From the NCBI GenBank assembly GCA_044356725.1, contig JBIKVS010000013.1, forward strand, positions 1 through 27,203: a DNA stretch of 27,203 nucleotides. The letters run 5' to 3'. Source of the stretch: Minisyncoccia bacterium. Lineage in GTDB: Bacteria; Patescibacteriota; Minisyncoccia; SW-4-49-11. The first letter of the stretch is position 1, and every line of letters starts with the position of its first letter. This document shows positions 1-8,424 of this stretch, piece after piece. Made by a program: the position numbers and the translations under genes. The notes under the pieces were generated by a model. The model was not told where the DNA came from, did no database searches, and saw only the letters and a program-made list of their open reading frames with translations.

Positions 1-1080
1 CGCATATTCTATAATCAAAAGCACCACTAGGGTATATAATAAATAAGTAGTGGCATATATAAGCTAAGAAATAGAATATATGAAACATATAGATATAGAA
101 GAAAGGGTAAAAATAAGTGAATTTGTCAATCAAGGCAAATCTTTAAGACAAATAGCTATGCTATTAAATAGACATCATAGCTCTATTAGTAGAGAACTTA
201 AAAGAAACTCTTATGTTAAAAATATATATCATCCTATTAAGGCTAATTCCTTAGCCTTAAAAAGAACTCATTATCCTAAAGGTAATTCCAAAATTCTAAC
301 TAATCCTTATCTTCAAGAATATGTTCTTTCTAAATTAAAGAAAGAGCATTATTCTCCTACTCTTATTTCTCATCAATTAAAGACTAATTTTTGCCCTAAT
401 AAAGGCTATTTATCTCATGAATCTATTTATAAATTTATCTATACCTATAAAAAAGATTATGCTAAATTCTTTCTAACTAAAAGAAAGAGAAGAAATAATA
501 GAATTCCTAAAAGATATTCTTCCAATATCTTATTTAGGAATTCTATTCATACTAGACCTTCTTTCATTAATGAGAGACTTATGGCCGGTCATTGGGAATC
601 TGACACTGTAGAATTCTCTAAAAAATCTGCTTATCTATCTGTACAGGTTGAGCGTTCTACTGGTTTTGTCTCTATTCGTAAAGTGTCTTCTAAATCTGCT
701 CATAATACTTTGTTTGCTTTAAAGCAAACAAAAAAGAACTATAAAGTTCTTTCTGTTACCTTTGACAATGGTACTGAGGGTGCTTACCATTACAAGCTTA
801 ATGTCCCTACTTTCTTTTGTGATCCTTATGCTTCTTGGCAAAAAGGTTTAGTTGAATATACCAATAGGCTTATTCGTCTATTCTTCCCTAGAAACATAAA
901 TCCACAATCTATTTCTCATTCTGATGTCGCTCAAGTTCAATTCCTTATTAACTCCCGTCCTAGAGCTAATCTTAACTTTAAAGCTCCTATTAACTTCCTT
1001 CATCTTATCTCTAAATCTCCTAAACTTTCCTCTAAACCTTCCAAACTCTAAAGTGGTGCGTTTGTTCCTTGACTTTTCCA
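1..1080 (+). mobile_element. IS30-family insertion sequence; the left end may extend about 1 bp beyond the window
   Basis: Contains an IS30-type transposase. Imperfect terminal IRs: 1-28 (...CAAAAGCACCACT) versus 1052-1080 (AGTGGTGCGTTTG...TTGACTTTTCCA), 12/13 identity in the inner core. The right end resembles the IS30 IRR layout. Confidence 0.85.
80..1051 (+). CDS. IS30-family DDE transposase
   Basis: N-terminal HTH (SLRQIA..L.RHHSSISRELKRN). DDE motifs GHWESDTV, TFDNGTE and WQKGLVEYTN.LIR; C-terminal N.RPR..L.FK.P. Frame is intact. Confidence 0.96.
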   Translation: MKHIDIEERVKISEFVNQGKSLRQIAMLLNRHHSSISRELKRNSYVKNIYHPIKANSLALKRTHYPKGNSKILTNPYLQEYVLSKLKKEHYSPTLISHQLKTNFCPNKGYLSHESIYKFIYTYKKDYAKFFLTKRKRRNNRIPKRYSSNILFRNSIHTRPSFINERLMAGHWESDTVEFSKKSAYLSVQVERSTGFVSIRKVSSKSAHNTLFALKQTKKNYKVLSVTFDNGTEGAYHYKLNVPTFFCDPYASWQKGLVEYTNRLIRLFFPRNINPQSISHSDVAQVQFLINSRPRANLNFKAPINFLHLISKSPKLSSKPSKL

Positions 1081-1170
1081 GGTCTTAGCGAATATAGCAT
1101 ATTTCTACTATTTTGTAAATATTATATAGTTTTATATAATATAGTATATAAATTCAACACCTTAAATTTT

Positions 1171-1728
1171 ATGAAAACTCAAGAAATAGAATGTAGATTT
1201 TTAGAGATAGATAAGGATAAGCTTATACAAAGGCTATTAGAGCTTGGAGCTACTGATAAAGGAGAGGTTTTATTGGAGGAGATAATAATATATGACCCTG
1301 CGGAGGAGTGGAGAAAGGATAATAAGTTCATAAGATTAAGAAAAGCTGGGGATATGGTAACAGTTGCTTATAAAGAGTATAAAAGCCAATCAGTTGATGG
1401 GGCTTATGAAATTGAATTTAAAGTGGATGATTATGAAAAGGCTGTATTGTTTTTTGAAAAAATAGGATTTAAACCTTTTAGATATCAGCAAAAGAGAAGG
1501 CATTCTTTTATGCTTGATAATATAATTTTTGATATTGATACTTGGCCTAATATTCCCTCTTATCTTGAGATTGAAGCTGAGTCTAAACAAGATTTACAAA
1601 AAGCTACTCAAGTTATTGGCTATGACTGGGCAGAAGCTGTTTTTAATAATGCAAAGTGGATATTGGAAAATAAATATAATATCCCACTAAGAGATTTGAG
1701 ATATTTTACTTTTGATAGAGTTGAGTAG
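1171..1728 (+). CDS. CYTH-domain protein (class IV adenylate cyclase/triphosphatase family)
   Basis: ExExRF N-terminal motif (QEIECRF), IRLRK, EIEF, QKRR, DIDTWP and YLEIEA. Start moved to ATG 1171 because the ORF-track start at 1069 lies in the IS end. Confidence 0.88.
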   Translation: MKTQEIECRFLEIDKDKLIQRLLELGATDKGEVLLEEIIIYDPAEEWRKDNKFIRLRKAGDMVTVAYKEYKSQSVDGAYEIEFKVDDYEKAVLFFEKIGFKPFRYQQKRRHSFMLDNIIFDIDTWPNIPSYLEIEAESKQDLQKATQVIGYDWAEAVFNNAKWILENKYNIPLRDLRYFTFDRVE

Positions 1729-1822
1729 ATATAGAACAAGTTATATAACAGAATTAAATATTATTTACACTAATGTTTTATAGATTATTATAAAATAATT
1801 TAAGCTGTATTGTTGTTTACTA

Positions 1823-1851
1823 TTGACAAAATTAGGAAAATGTGGTATAGT
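1823..1851 (+). promoter_or_regulatory. Near-consensus sigma70 promoter with extended -10
   Basis: TTGACA (1823-1828), 17 bp spacer, TG-N-TATAGT (1846-1851). Confidence 0.8.
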
Positions 1852-1883
1852 TATACTTGAAATCTACCTTTTTGGAGATCCTC

Positions 1884-2126
1884 GTGACTAACACCCCCGA
1901 CACTCTCCCTGTCAACATCTACAGCCTGTCTTTTGATGAAGCCAAAGCCCTTGCACGAGAGTGCACCCGTGGTACAAAGTCTGAGGCAGAGGTGAAGGAA
2001 CGTCTCACTGAAGCTGGATTTCATGGAGCAGCAGCAGCTGTAACATCTCGCGGTAGTGGGGAAATGTTCATGTTCATGGCCATGATTCATGGTCCAGATG
2101 GCAAAATCATCAATATCTCGGGGTAA
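1884..2126 (+). CDS. Small orphan protein (80 aa) in a stand-alone transcription unit
   Basis: GGAG at 1874-1877 before GTG 1884. Has its own promoter and terminator and is much GC-richer than its flanks. The TTG start at 1857 sits at the predicted transcription start. Confidence 0.7.
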   Translation: MTNTPDTLPVNIYSLSFDEAKALARECTRGTKSEAEVKERLTEAGFHGAAAAVTSRGSGEMFMFMAMIHGPDGKIINISG

Positions 2127-2148
2127 CTCCCCTTGAAAGAATCTACCA

Positions 2149-2174
2149 CCCCAGTAGCAATACTGGGGCTTTTT
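2149..2174 (+). terminator. Rho-independent terminator
   Basis: CCCCAGTA-GCAA-TACTGGGG followed by CTTTTT. Confidence 0.85.
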
Positions 2175-2202
2175 CATTTCTCCCAAAAACACACTAAACT
2201 TA

Positions 2203-2847
2203 CTAATACCTTATTTCTACATCTGTTCTATTCAGATGCATATCCCAAAAGATATTTGCTAATAGAGCTGGTGAATATTGTTTACTCTCTTCCTGAATAT
2301 GCCCATTAATAGTCAGTGTGCCTACATAGATATCATCTTCTTTTAAAGCTTGATTTAGTTGAAGTGCTAAATTTCTAAGTCCAGCCTTACCTAAAGACAA
2401 GGAGCCGTATTCATAATTAGGCTCTAAAGCAAATCCCCCACCTGTTAATAACACCGCCCCCTTTGTTTGTCTTAAATCATCCAAAAGATATTTTACTAAA
2501 TGAAAGACATTGGCAACATTTAATCGAAAGTCGTTAATTAAATCATCAGTTTCTTCAGATAATAAATCTTTTTTCTTCTTGCTAGCAGCATTATAGAACA
2601 AAACATCTATAATACCCATTTTATTCCTCAAGGCAGAGATAGCCAGTTCCAAGTCATCTTTATTATATGCATCAGCTGAATGATAAAAAGCCTGAATCCC
2701 TTGCTCTTTTAAGATATTGGCTTTCTCTTTTAAACTTTCTTCATTACGACTAATCAGACCAACTCTAAATCCTTTCTCTCCAAACTGCTTTGCCATTGCA
2801 AAACCTAATTTAGGCCCCGCTCCAATGATGATGATATTTTTATTCAT
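2203..2847 (-). CDS. Short-chain dehydrogenase/reductase (SDR) family oxidoreductase
   Basis: Rossmann IIGAGPKLG, LFYNA and TGGG motifs, with an atypical active site (SLSLGKAGLRNL). Confidence 0.9.
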   Translation of the reverse strand: MNKNIIIIGAGPKLGFAMAKQFGEKGFRVGLISRNEESLKEKANILKEQGIQAFYHSADAYNKDDLELAISALRNKMGIIDVLFYNAASKKKKDLLSEETDDLINDFRLNVANVFHLVKYLLDDLRQTKGAVLLTGGGFALEPNYEYGSLSLGKAGLRNLALQLNQALKEDDIYVGTLTINGHIQEESKQYSPALLANIFWDMHLNRTDVEIRY

Positions 2848-2856
2848 ATATTGACA

Positions 2857-3219
2857 CTATGTCCGTAAAATCTTTTCCATCTTTTTACCTTTTGCCAATT
2901 CATCTACTAATTTATCTAAATATCTGACCTTTTTGGTCAATGGATTGTCAATATCCTCTATTCTATAGCCACAAATAACTCCTGTTATAAGATGAGCCTT
3001 GGGATTTAATACTGCTCGCTCAAAGAAAGTCTCAAATGCAATATCCTCTGCAATCAGCTTCTCTATTATCTTGTTATCAAAACCCGTAAGCCAGTGTATG
3101 ACCTGATTTAACTCATCTTTAGTTCTACCCTTTTTCAGTATTTTATTTAAATATAATGGATAGACTGTACCAAATGTTATTTGTGCCATTCTTGCATTAT
3201 GTTCAGGAGTTATAGTCAT
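2857..3219 (-). CDS. DUF2200-family protein
   Basis: F..VYPLY..K..KKGRT..EL..VI.WLTG, LITGVICG.RIE.I and RYLDKLVDELAKGK.MEKILR are characteristic of the family. Confidence 0.9.
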   Translation of the reverse strand: MTITPEHNARMAQITFGTVYPLYLNKILKKGRTKDELNQVIHWLTGFDNKIIEKLIAEDIAFETFFERAVLNPKAHLITGVICGYRIEDIDNPLTKKVRYLDKLVDELAKGKKMEKILRT

Positions 3220-3356
3220 ATAATTTTTCTATTAAATTCTATTTTGAGAGGATTATATAAAATCTATAAGTAATCTTAACAATTAAATTCACTATATAAA
3301 ATAAGGATAACATACTCATATTCTAATGTCTACGATGTGTTTCATCTTATGTTCCC

Positions 3357-3704
3357 CTACCCCCTCACCAGCAACCAAATATCTATAGCAGTGATGGTGA
3401 GGGTTGTTAGTATAGCAATGGCGACTATGCTGGAGCCGATGTCTTTGATCCTTTTGATTTGGATATTCCATTTTGGCTGTATAAAATCACAGATTAGTTC
3501 TATGCTAGTGTTGATTAGTTCTAGTATGATTACTAGGCTGCCGAATAATATAGTTTGTTTGATTAGCCCCCAACTTTCTAGATATATTTCTAAGATTATT
3601 AGTAAGGCTATTATTACAAAGGTTTGTATAAATAGATTTCTATCTTTGCTAAAGGCGAATTGTAGGCCTTCTAGCCAAAGTTTATATTTTCGTAATAATT
3701 TCAT
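3357..3704 (-). CDS. dgkA: Prokaryotic diacylglycerol/undecaprenol kinase (DgkA family)
   Basis: Three TM helices, plus ELINTSIE..CD and IKRIKDIGS motifs. Confidence 0.85.
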   Translation of the reverse strand: MKLLRKYKLWLEGLQFAFSKDRNLFIQTFVIIALLIILEIYLESWGLIKQTILFGSLVIILELINTSIELICDFIQPKWNIQIKRIKDIGSSIVAIAILTTLTITAIDIWLLVRG

Positions 3705-4312
3705 AATAGCTCTTCTATTGCTTGCTTGAATTGATGGTCTCGCCAGATGTCTTGATGTGGGTTGGGTAAATTGTATAACGGGTAAAATTTAGCTTCTTGT
3801 CTTTGTGGTGGATATAGTCCGATTGGGATATATCTATTGAGTAATGTGGAGGTAATAAGAGCTGGATCCCACCAGCACCAAAAATTTATAAATTTTGCTT
3901 GAATTGGTAAATTGGCTGAGTTTAACTCTTCCCTACTGATATCTGCTTGGACGAATATGATACTCTGGACTGATTTTGATAATTTATAGTCTGCTAGATA
4001 ATTAACTAATAATCTAGCTCCTGAGGAATGAGCAATGATGGTTTTGGGTTTGTGTGTGGATAGTTCTTGCTTTAATCTTTGATGTTCTACTGGGTTTTGG
4101 GTCTTATCTCTCTCTTTATAATATAATTGTAGTTGTGTGACTAGATTGTATGGGGTAAATCTATTTCTTTTGACCTCTTCCGCCCAGATATAGGGATAGG
4201 CTTGTTGGTTAGATATCTCGGTATCAAAGATATAAAAGCCTCCGTTAGCTGGAATAGTTGGCTCTTGTATGTCTAGGGCTTTGCCATAGCCATGAATGAG
4301 AAAATATTGCAT
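3701..4312 (-). CDS. Putative alpha/beta-hydrolase
   Basis: LIHGYG oxyanion-type motif, IIAHSSG nucleophile elbow and a C-terminal His (NPHQD). ATGA overlap with dgkA. Confidence 0.6.
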   Translation of the reverse strand: MQYFLIHGYGKALDIQEPTIPANGGFYIFDTEISNQQAYPYIWAEEVKRNRFTPYNLVTQLQLYYKERDKTQNPVEHQRLKQELSTHKPKTIIAHSSGARLLVNYLADYKLSKSVQSIIFVQADISREELNSANLPIQAKFINFWCWWDPALITSTLLNRYIPIGLYPPQRQEAKFYPLYNLPNPHQDIWRDHQFKQAIEELL

Positions 4313-4317
4313 ATAGC

Positions 4318-5709
4318 TTATCTAGCTTTCTTGTCTGCCATTTCGACTGTGATGGTATTGAAGGCGAGGTTTATATCTTGTTTATTAAAGTCTATTAAAA
4401 TATTTTCTGACAGTGTCTGCAACATTGCTCGATAACTTCCTACACTGGCGGGGAACCAGATAGATAATCTTACTCCTGTGTCGGCTATGCTGGTGTAGAT
4501 TTGTGGGACATAGGCTTGGGTTATTTTATGCTCTTTGATATAATCTGGGGTATACACTTTGTCTATGATTTTTTGTAGAATTTGTTTGGCCTGTTTCCAG
4601 TCGGATTCAAAGGTTATGATTAAGTCTAAGGTTTGCCAAACTATTTTATTGTCTTGTGTAGCGTTGATGACTGGTTGTTTTAAGAACATATTATTTGGTA
4701 TGGAGATTATTCTTCCAGTAACTCTTTCTTTGTCTATTTTCTCCCCTTCTAGGGTTCCTTCTCTTTCCATTAACAGTGTTCTGAAGGCTTCGATTTTCTT
4801 GACTCGTCCTGAGTATTGATTATTTCCACTAAATCCAGCTATTTGAATTATATCTCCTTCTTTGAATTTATTGCGGGCTCGGATGAATATCCATGCAAAA
4901 AAACTTGAGATAAAATCTTGTAATGCCACCACCAAAGCGGCTGAGAATAGGGATATAATTGTAAAGAGATTACTAAACTGTCCTATGAATAGATAGGTTA
5001 GCATTAATATTATCCCTATTAAATAGATTATATTGATGGCTACTGAAAATAAATCTTTGATGGCTGGAGGGGCATACTGTTGATTTAATCTCTTGATAAA
5101 TAGATAGATTATAAATGAAATGATAAATCCAATTATATATGGGGCATATTGTCGTATATTGTCTATAATTGTATTGAAAAACTGATTTTTTTGTTCTTCT
5201 AGCTGTTGATTAACTTCTTGTATTTGAGTGTCTATTTTGCTAATTGCATCACGATTGACTTCTACTTGCCCTCTTTTTTCAGTGAGTTGCTTTTGGATTT
5301 CGACTAACTCTAATTTGACTTGATCTGATTCTTTTTTAAGATTATCTTCAGTATTTTTTCGCTGTTCTATTATCTCTTTATCTTTACTTTTGGAGTCTAC
5401 CTGAGATAAGTTCTTAATACTATCATTTAGGCTGTTGATTTTGGTTTGTAATTCTTGTTCTTGTCTTTCTAAATCTTGAATTTCTATGTTTAGCTTATCT
5501 GTATCTCTTAAGAGTTGGTTTTGCTTTTGTTGTAATTCGGCTTTGGTCTCTTGTTTGTTTTTGAGGGCTTCTCCTTGTGAGTTGACGGAGCTATCACTTG
5601 GTAATAACCCAGAGATTGGGTTGGCGGAGCTGATAGAAGGTACTATTAAGCTAACCAGTATTATTAGTCCTAGACTTAGTTTGGATAATTTCTGTATTGT
5701 GGAATTCAT
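4318..5709 (-). CDS. MscS-family mechanosensitive channel with N-terminal signal/TM segment and coiled coil
   Basis: ALQDFISSFFAW, FKEGDIIQI, GRVKKI and IPNNMFL..PVIN motifs, preceded by a ~130-aa heptad-rich Q/E/K region. Confidence 0.88.
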   Translation of the reverse strand: MNSTIQKLSKLSLGLIILVSLIVPSISSANPISGLLPSDSSVNSQGEALKNKQETKAELQQKQNQLLRDTDKLNIEIQDLERQEQELQTKINSLNDSIKNLSQVDSKSKDKEIIEQRKNTEDNLKKESDQVKLELVEIQKQLTEKRGQVEVNRDAISKIDTQIQEVNQQLEEQKNQFFNTIIDNIRQYAPYIIGFIISFIIYLFIKRLNQQYAPPAIKDLFSVAINIIYLIGIILMLTYLFIGQFSNLFTIISLFSAALVVALQDFISSFFAWIFIRARNKFKEGDIIQIAGFSGNNQYSGRVKKIEAFRTLLMEREGTLEGEKIDKERVTGRIISIPNNMFLKQPVINATQDNKIVWQTLDLIITFESDWKQAKQILQKIIDKVYTPDYIKEHKITQAYVPQIYTSIADTGVRLSIWFPASVGSYRAMLQTLSENILIDFNKQDINLAFNTITVEMADKKAR

Positions 5710-5720
5710 TTGATTTAAGT

Positions 5721-6041
5721 TTATTTAATTAGTTCTAAGCCCGCTTTATTCCAATGGATAATACCTACACTACTGTTGATTACTTGTAATCCTTTTTGTT
5801 GCATAATCATTGAAGCTAGTTGTGATCTACCCCCACTTCGGCAATATACTATATATGTTTTGGAATGATCTAAATTCACAATTTCCTGCATTATATTAGG
5901 ATGACTAATGTCAAGATTAATAGCCCCTGCTATATGTCCTTGCTGAAACTCCTCAGGCGTCCTAACATCCAGTAACACTTCGGCTAACTTTAAGTTATTG
6001 ACTTTTTGTTGGAGTTCTTCAGTGGTTTTAATAGATTTCAT
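5721..6041 (-). CDS. Rhodanese-like domain protein
   Basis: LLDVRTPEEF..GHI.GAIN and active-site VYCRSGGRS. Confidence 0.93.
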   Translation of the reverse strand: MKSIKTTEELQQKVNNLKLAEVLLDVRTPEEFQQGHIAGAINLDISHPNIMQEIVNLDHSKTYIVYCRSGGRSQLASMIMQQKGLQVINSSVGIIHWNKAGLELIK

Positions 6042-6095
6042 AATATAATTTAATTATCTATAGTATATTATAAATTATATTATGTTTCAAACCAA

Positions 6096-7073
6096 CTACA
6101 TCAAAACTGTAATTACTAGAAAATAAATCAATAAACTGAGTATATCTCTCAAAACTGTGGCGAATGGGCCACTAGCTATGGCTGGGTCTATTCTTAGTTT
6201 AGATAAGACTAGTGGTAGTAAGATAGCTATAACGCTCGCCATAATAATGGTAAAGAAAAGTGAAACTCCCAAAACCATTCCTAAACTAAATGATTGTAAA
6301 ATAACCGCTCCTAATAAATAGCTAAATATACCTAATACGATTGCTAATAACATTACTATATTGAATTCTCTTTTTATATATTGTGATAAATTTAATTGAT
6401 GTTGCAAGCTTAGAGAACGGATAAATATAGTCTGAGTTTGACTGCCCACAGCATCAGCCATATAGACTATTGTTGGGATGAAGGCTGCTAATAAAATCTG
6501 GGCTTCCAGATAACTCTCAAATCTACTCACGGTATAGGCTGCTACCAAACCTCCAGCTAAACCTCCTAAAAGCCACGGGGCTCGCTTATTAAAATGTGTT
6601 CTTGCATTTGCCTTAATTATATTAATAGCTGGATTATCTAAATTACCTACTCCGACTGACTTCAAGGTATCTTCAATGCTTTCATTATGTAATACGTTTA
6701 ATATAGTATCTGAAGTCACTACACCTTGGAATACTCCATTATGGTCAACTACTGGGATAGAGCGTATATTATGTTGTATAGCCAAAAGTGCCACTCTTTC
6801 TTGGTCGGTATGAAGCTTAGCGGTAATCAGATCCCTTGACATAACCTGTCTAGCTTTTTTATCTCCATCTAGACAATATAGTTCTTTGATTGTTATAACT
6901 CCTCTTAGAATATTTTGTTTATTAATAACATAAATATAGCCTATGCTTTCATAGTCTTTGACTTTGTCTTTGAGTTGTTTGTGAATATCTTGAATAGTAT
7001 CATTTAAGCCCACTGTTGGGATATTTGTGGCCATAATCCTGCCAGCTGTCTCTGCAATTCTGTGTTTACTCAT
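6096..7073 (-). CDS. mgtE: MgtE-family magnesium transporter (CBS pair plus membrane domain, lacking the N-domain)
   Basis: ETAGRIM, CBS repeats, R.PWL, G.QTQT..IR.L and DPA.ASGPF.T...D. Confidence 0.9.
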   Translation of the reverse strand: MSKHRIAETAGRIMATNIPTVGLNDTIQDIHKQLKDKVKDYESIGYIYVINKQNILRGVITIKELYCLDGDKKARQVMSRDLITAKLHTDQERVALLAIQHNIRSIPVVDHNGVFQGVVTSDTILNVLHNESIEDTLKSVGVGNLDNPAINIIKANARTHFNKRAPWLLGGLAGGLVAAYTVSRFESYLEAQILLAAFIPTIVYMADAVGSQTQTIFIRSLSLQHQLNLSQYIKREFNIVMLLAIVLGIFSYLLGAVILQSFSLGMVLGVSLFFTIIMASVIAILLPLVLSKLRIDPAIASGPFATVLRDILSLLIYFLVITVLM

Positions 7074-7157
7074 ATTTGTATTATTGAATTAATTTAATTA
7101 TATCATAAATATAATATTGTGTTATAATATGGATTACCATTTAATATAATTTATACT

Positions 7158-8144
7158 ATGCTGATTACATTTATCTTACTGATCTTAGGTTTATATGTTT
7201 TAATCAAAGGCTCAGACTTATTAGTGGATGGAGCTTCTGCTGTGGCTAAAAAGTTTAATGTAGCTCCTATGATTATTGGGCTTACTATTATTGCTTTTGG
7301 GACTAGTGCTCCGGAATTACTTGTCTCTATTGTATCATCCACTCAAGGAGCTAATGACTTGGCTTTGGGAAATATCTTTGGATCAAATATTGCTAACTTT
7401 TTGCTTATTTTAGGAATAACAGCTACTATTAGTCCAATCAATATACCTCATAGTACTATTTGGAAAGAAATTCCGTTCACCCTTTTAGGGGCCTTTGTAT
7501 TGACAATTCTTGGAATTCGCAATCAAATTGATAGCTTAGAGTTAGGAGCTATTAATTTAAATAGCACTGAGACTATTAATACCATTGGTATCAGTGGTGG
7601 TTTAATTTTATTGTTATTCTTTGTGATTTTTATGTATTATACCTTTAGTATTAGCAAAAACAATTCAGAGGACGAGCCTGAGATTAAACTTATGTCTATC
7701 ACACAGTCTATAGTATATATTGTGTTAGGGCTTTCTTTTTTGGCCTCTGGAAGCTATTTATTAGTAAATAATGCTATTAATATAGCCAGTCAACTAGGAT
7801 TAGCTCAAGGATTTATTGGGCTTACTATTGTCGCCCTCGGAACTAGTTTACCTGAGTTAGTCACTAGTATTGCAGCTGCTCGTAAGGGTCATTCTGAGTT
7901 AGCGGTTGGGAATGTGGTAGGATCTAATATCTTCAATATATTCTTTATCCTAGGAGTAACCAGCCTTATTAACCCAATTCCTATTACCGGTCAAAATTTG
8001 GCAGATATACTGACTCTGTTAGCTGTGACTGTATTTATGTTTATCTTAATCTTTATCTTTACCGCTAGGAGAGTTGGTAAAATTGAAGGTTATCTGATGT
8101 TGGGAGCTTATGGGTTTTATTTGTATTATATATTTATAAGGTAA
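7158..8144 (+). CDS. Calcium/sodium antiporter (YrbG/CaCA family)
   Basis: Two alpha repeats: GTSAPEL...GNIFGSNIAN and GTSLPEL...GNVVGSNIFN. Confidence 0.95.
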   Translation: MLITFILLILGLYVLIKGSDLLVDGASAVAKKFNVAPMIIGLTIIAFGTSAPELLVSIVSSTQGANDLALGNIFGSNIANFLLILGITATISPINIPHSTIWKEIPFTLLGAFVLTILGIRNQIDSLELGAINLNSTETINTIGISGGLILLLFFVIFMYYTFSISKNNSEDEPEIKLMSITQSIVYIVLGLSFLASGSYLLVNNAINIASQLGLAQGFIGLTIVALGTSLPELVTSIAAARKGHSELAVGNVVGSNIFNIFFILGVTSLINPIPITGQNLADILTLLAVTVFMFILIFIFTARRVGKIEGYLMLGAYGFYLYYIFIR

Positions 8145-8206
8145 AAGTTATTGACAAGATGAGAAATATTTTACCTACTATCTTTAGTATATATACTGTT
8201 GTATTA

Positions 8207-8315
8207 TGTCCCTCGCTGGCGAGTGGGGACCACGAAGTAGTGGGTGTGGACAAATAGTTTATTTTTTAAATCATCCTCCTCCGTCACTTCGTGACACCTC
8301 CCCCAAGGGAGGACA
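8207..8315. repeat. Inverted doublet of GC-rich double-hairpin REP-like units
   Basis: 8207-8250 and the reverse complement of 8274-8315 share TGTCC-hairpin-G-rich linker-CACGAAGT hairpin-GG.G.GGA, separated by an AT-rich spacer. Confidence 0.7.
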
Positions 8316-8359
8316 ATGTATGAAGTATAATTTGTAATGTATTCGTCATACACAAACCC

Positions 8360-8388
8360 TTGTAAATATCTAAAAAATATATTATGAT
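8360..8388 (+). promoter_or_regulatory. Candidate sigma70 promoter of speD
   Basis: TTGTAA, 17 bp spacer, TATGAT. Confidence 0.45.
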
Positions 8389-8424
8389 ATAGCGGTTGTT
8401 AAAATTTATAATATACTAAATTCT

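Noticed and set aside
1069-1170. N-terminal extension of the CYTH ORF
   Set aside because: The TTG is the IS -35 box, and the family motif begins right after ATG 1171.
1856-2147. TTGAAA-containing repeats as a CRISPR remnant or integron attC sites
   Set aside because: Only two short copies about 275 bp apart, no cas genes or integrase, and no RYYYAAC/GTTRRRY attC structure.
1851-2192. 113-aa minus-strand ORF
   Set aside because: Antisense shadow of the plus-strand ORF, which has the promoter, SD and correctly oriented terminator.
7074-7157. M-box or other metal riboswitch between mgtE and the antiporter
   Set aside because: Only 84 bp, extremely AT-rich, with no room or structure for one.
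1390-7342. ORFs 1390-1590, 3337-3729, 4559-4819, 5486-5713 and 7151-7342
   Set aside because: Each lies antisense to a well-supported gene and has no recognisable motif.
8207-8315. SAM riboswitch upstream of speD
   Set aside because: No SAM-I (AUC..GAG...GAU) or SAM-II core was recognised. The inverted-doublet layout fits a REP-like repeat, and a candidate promoter lies downstream of it.
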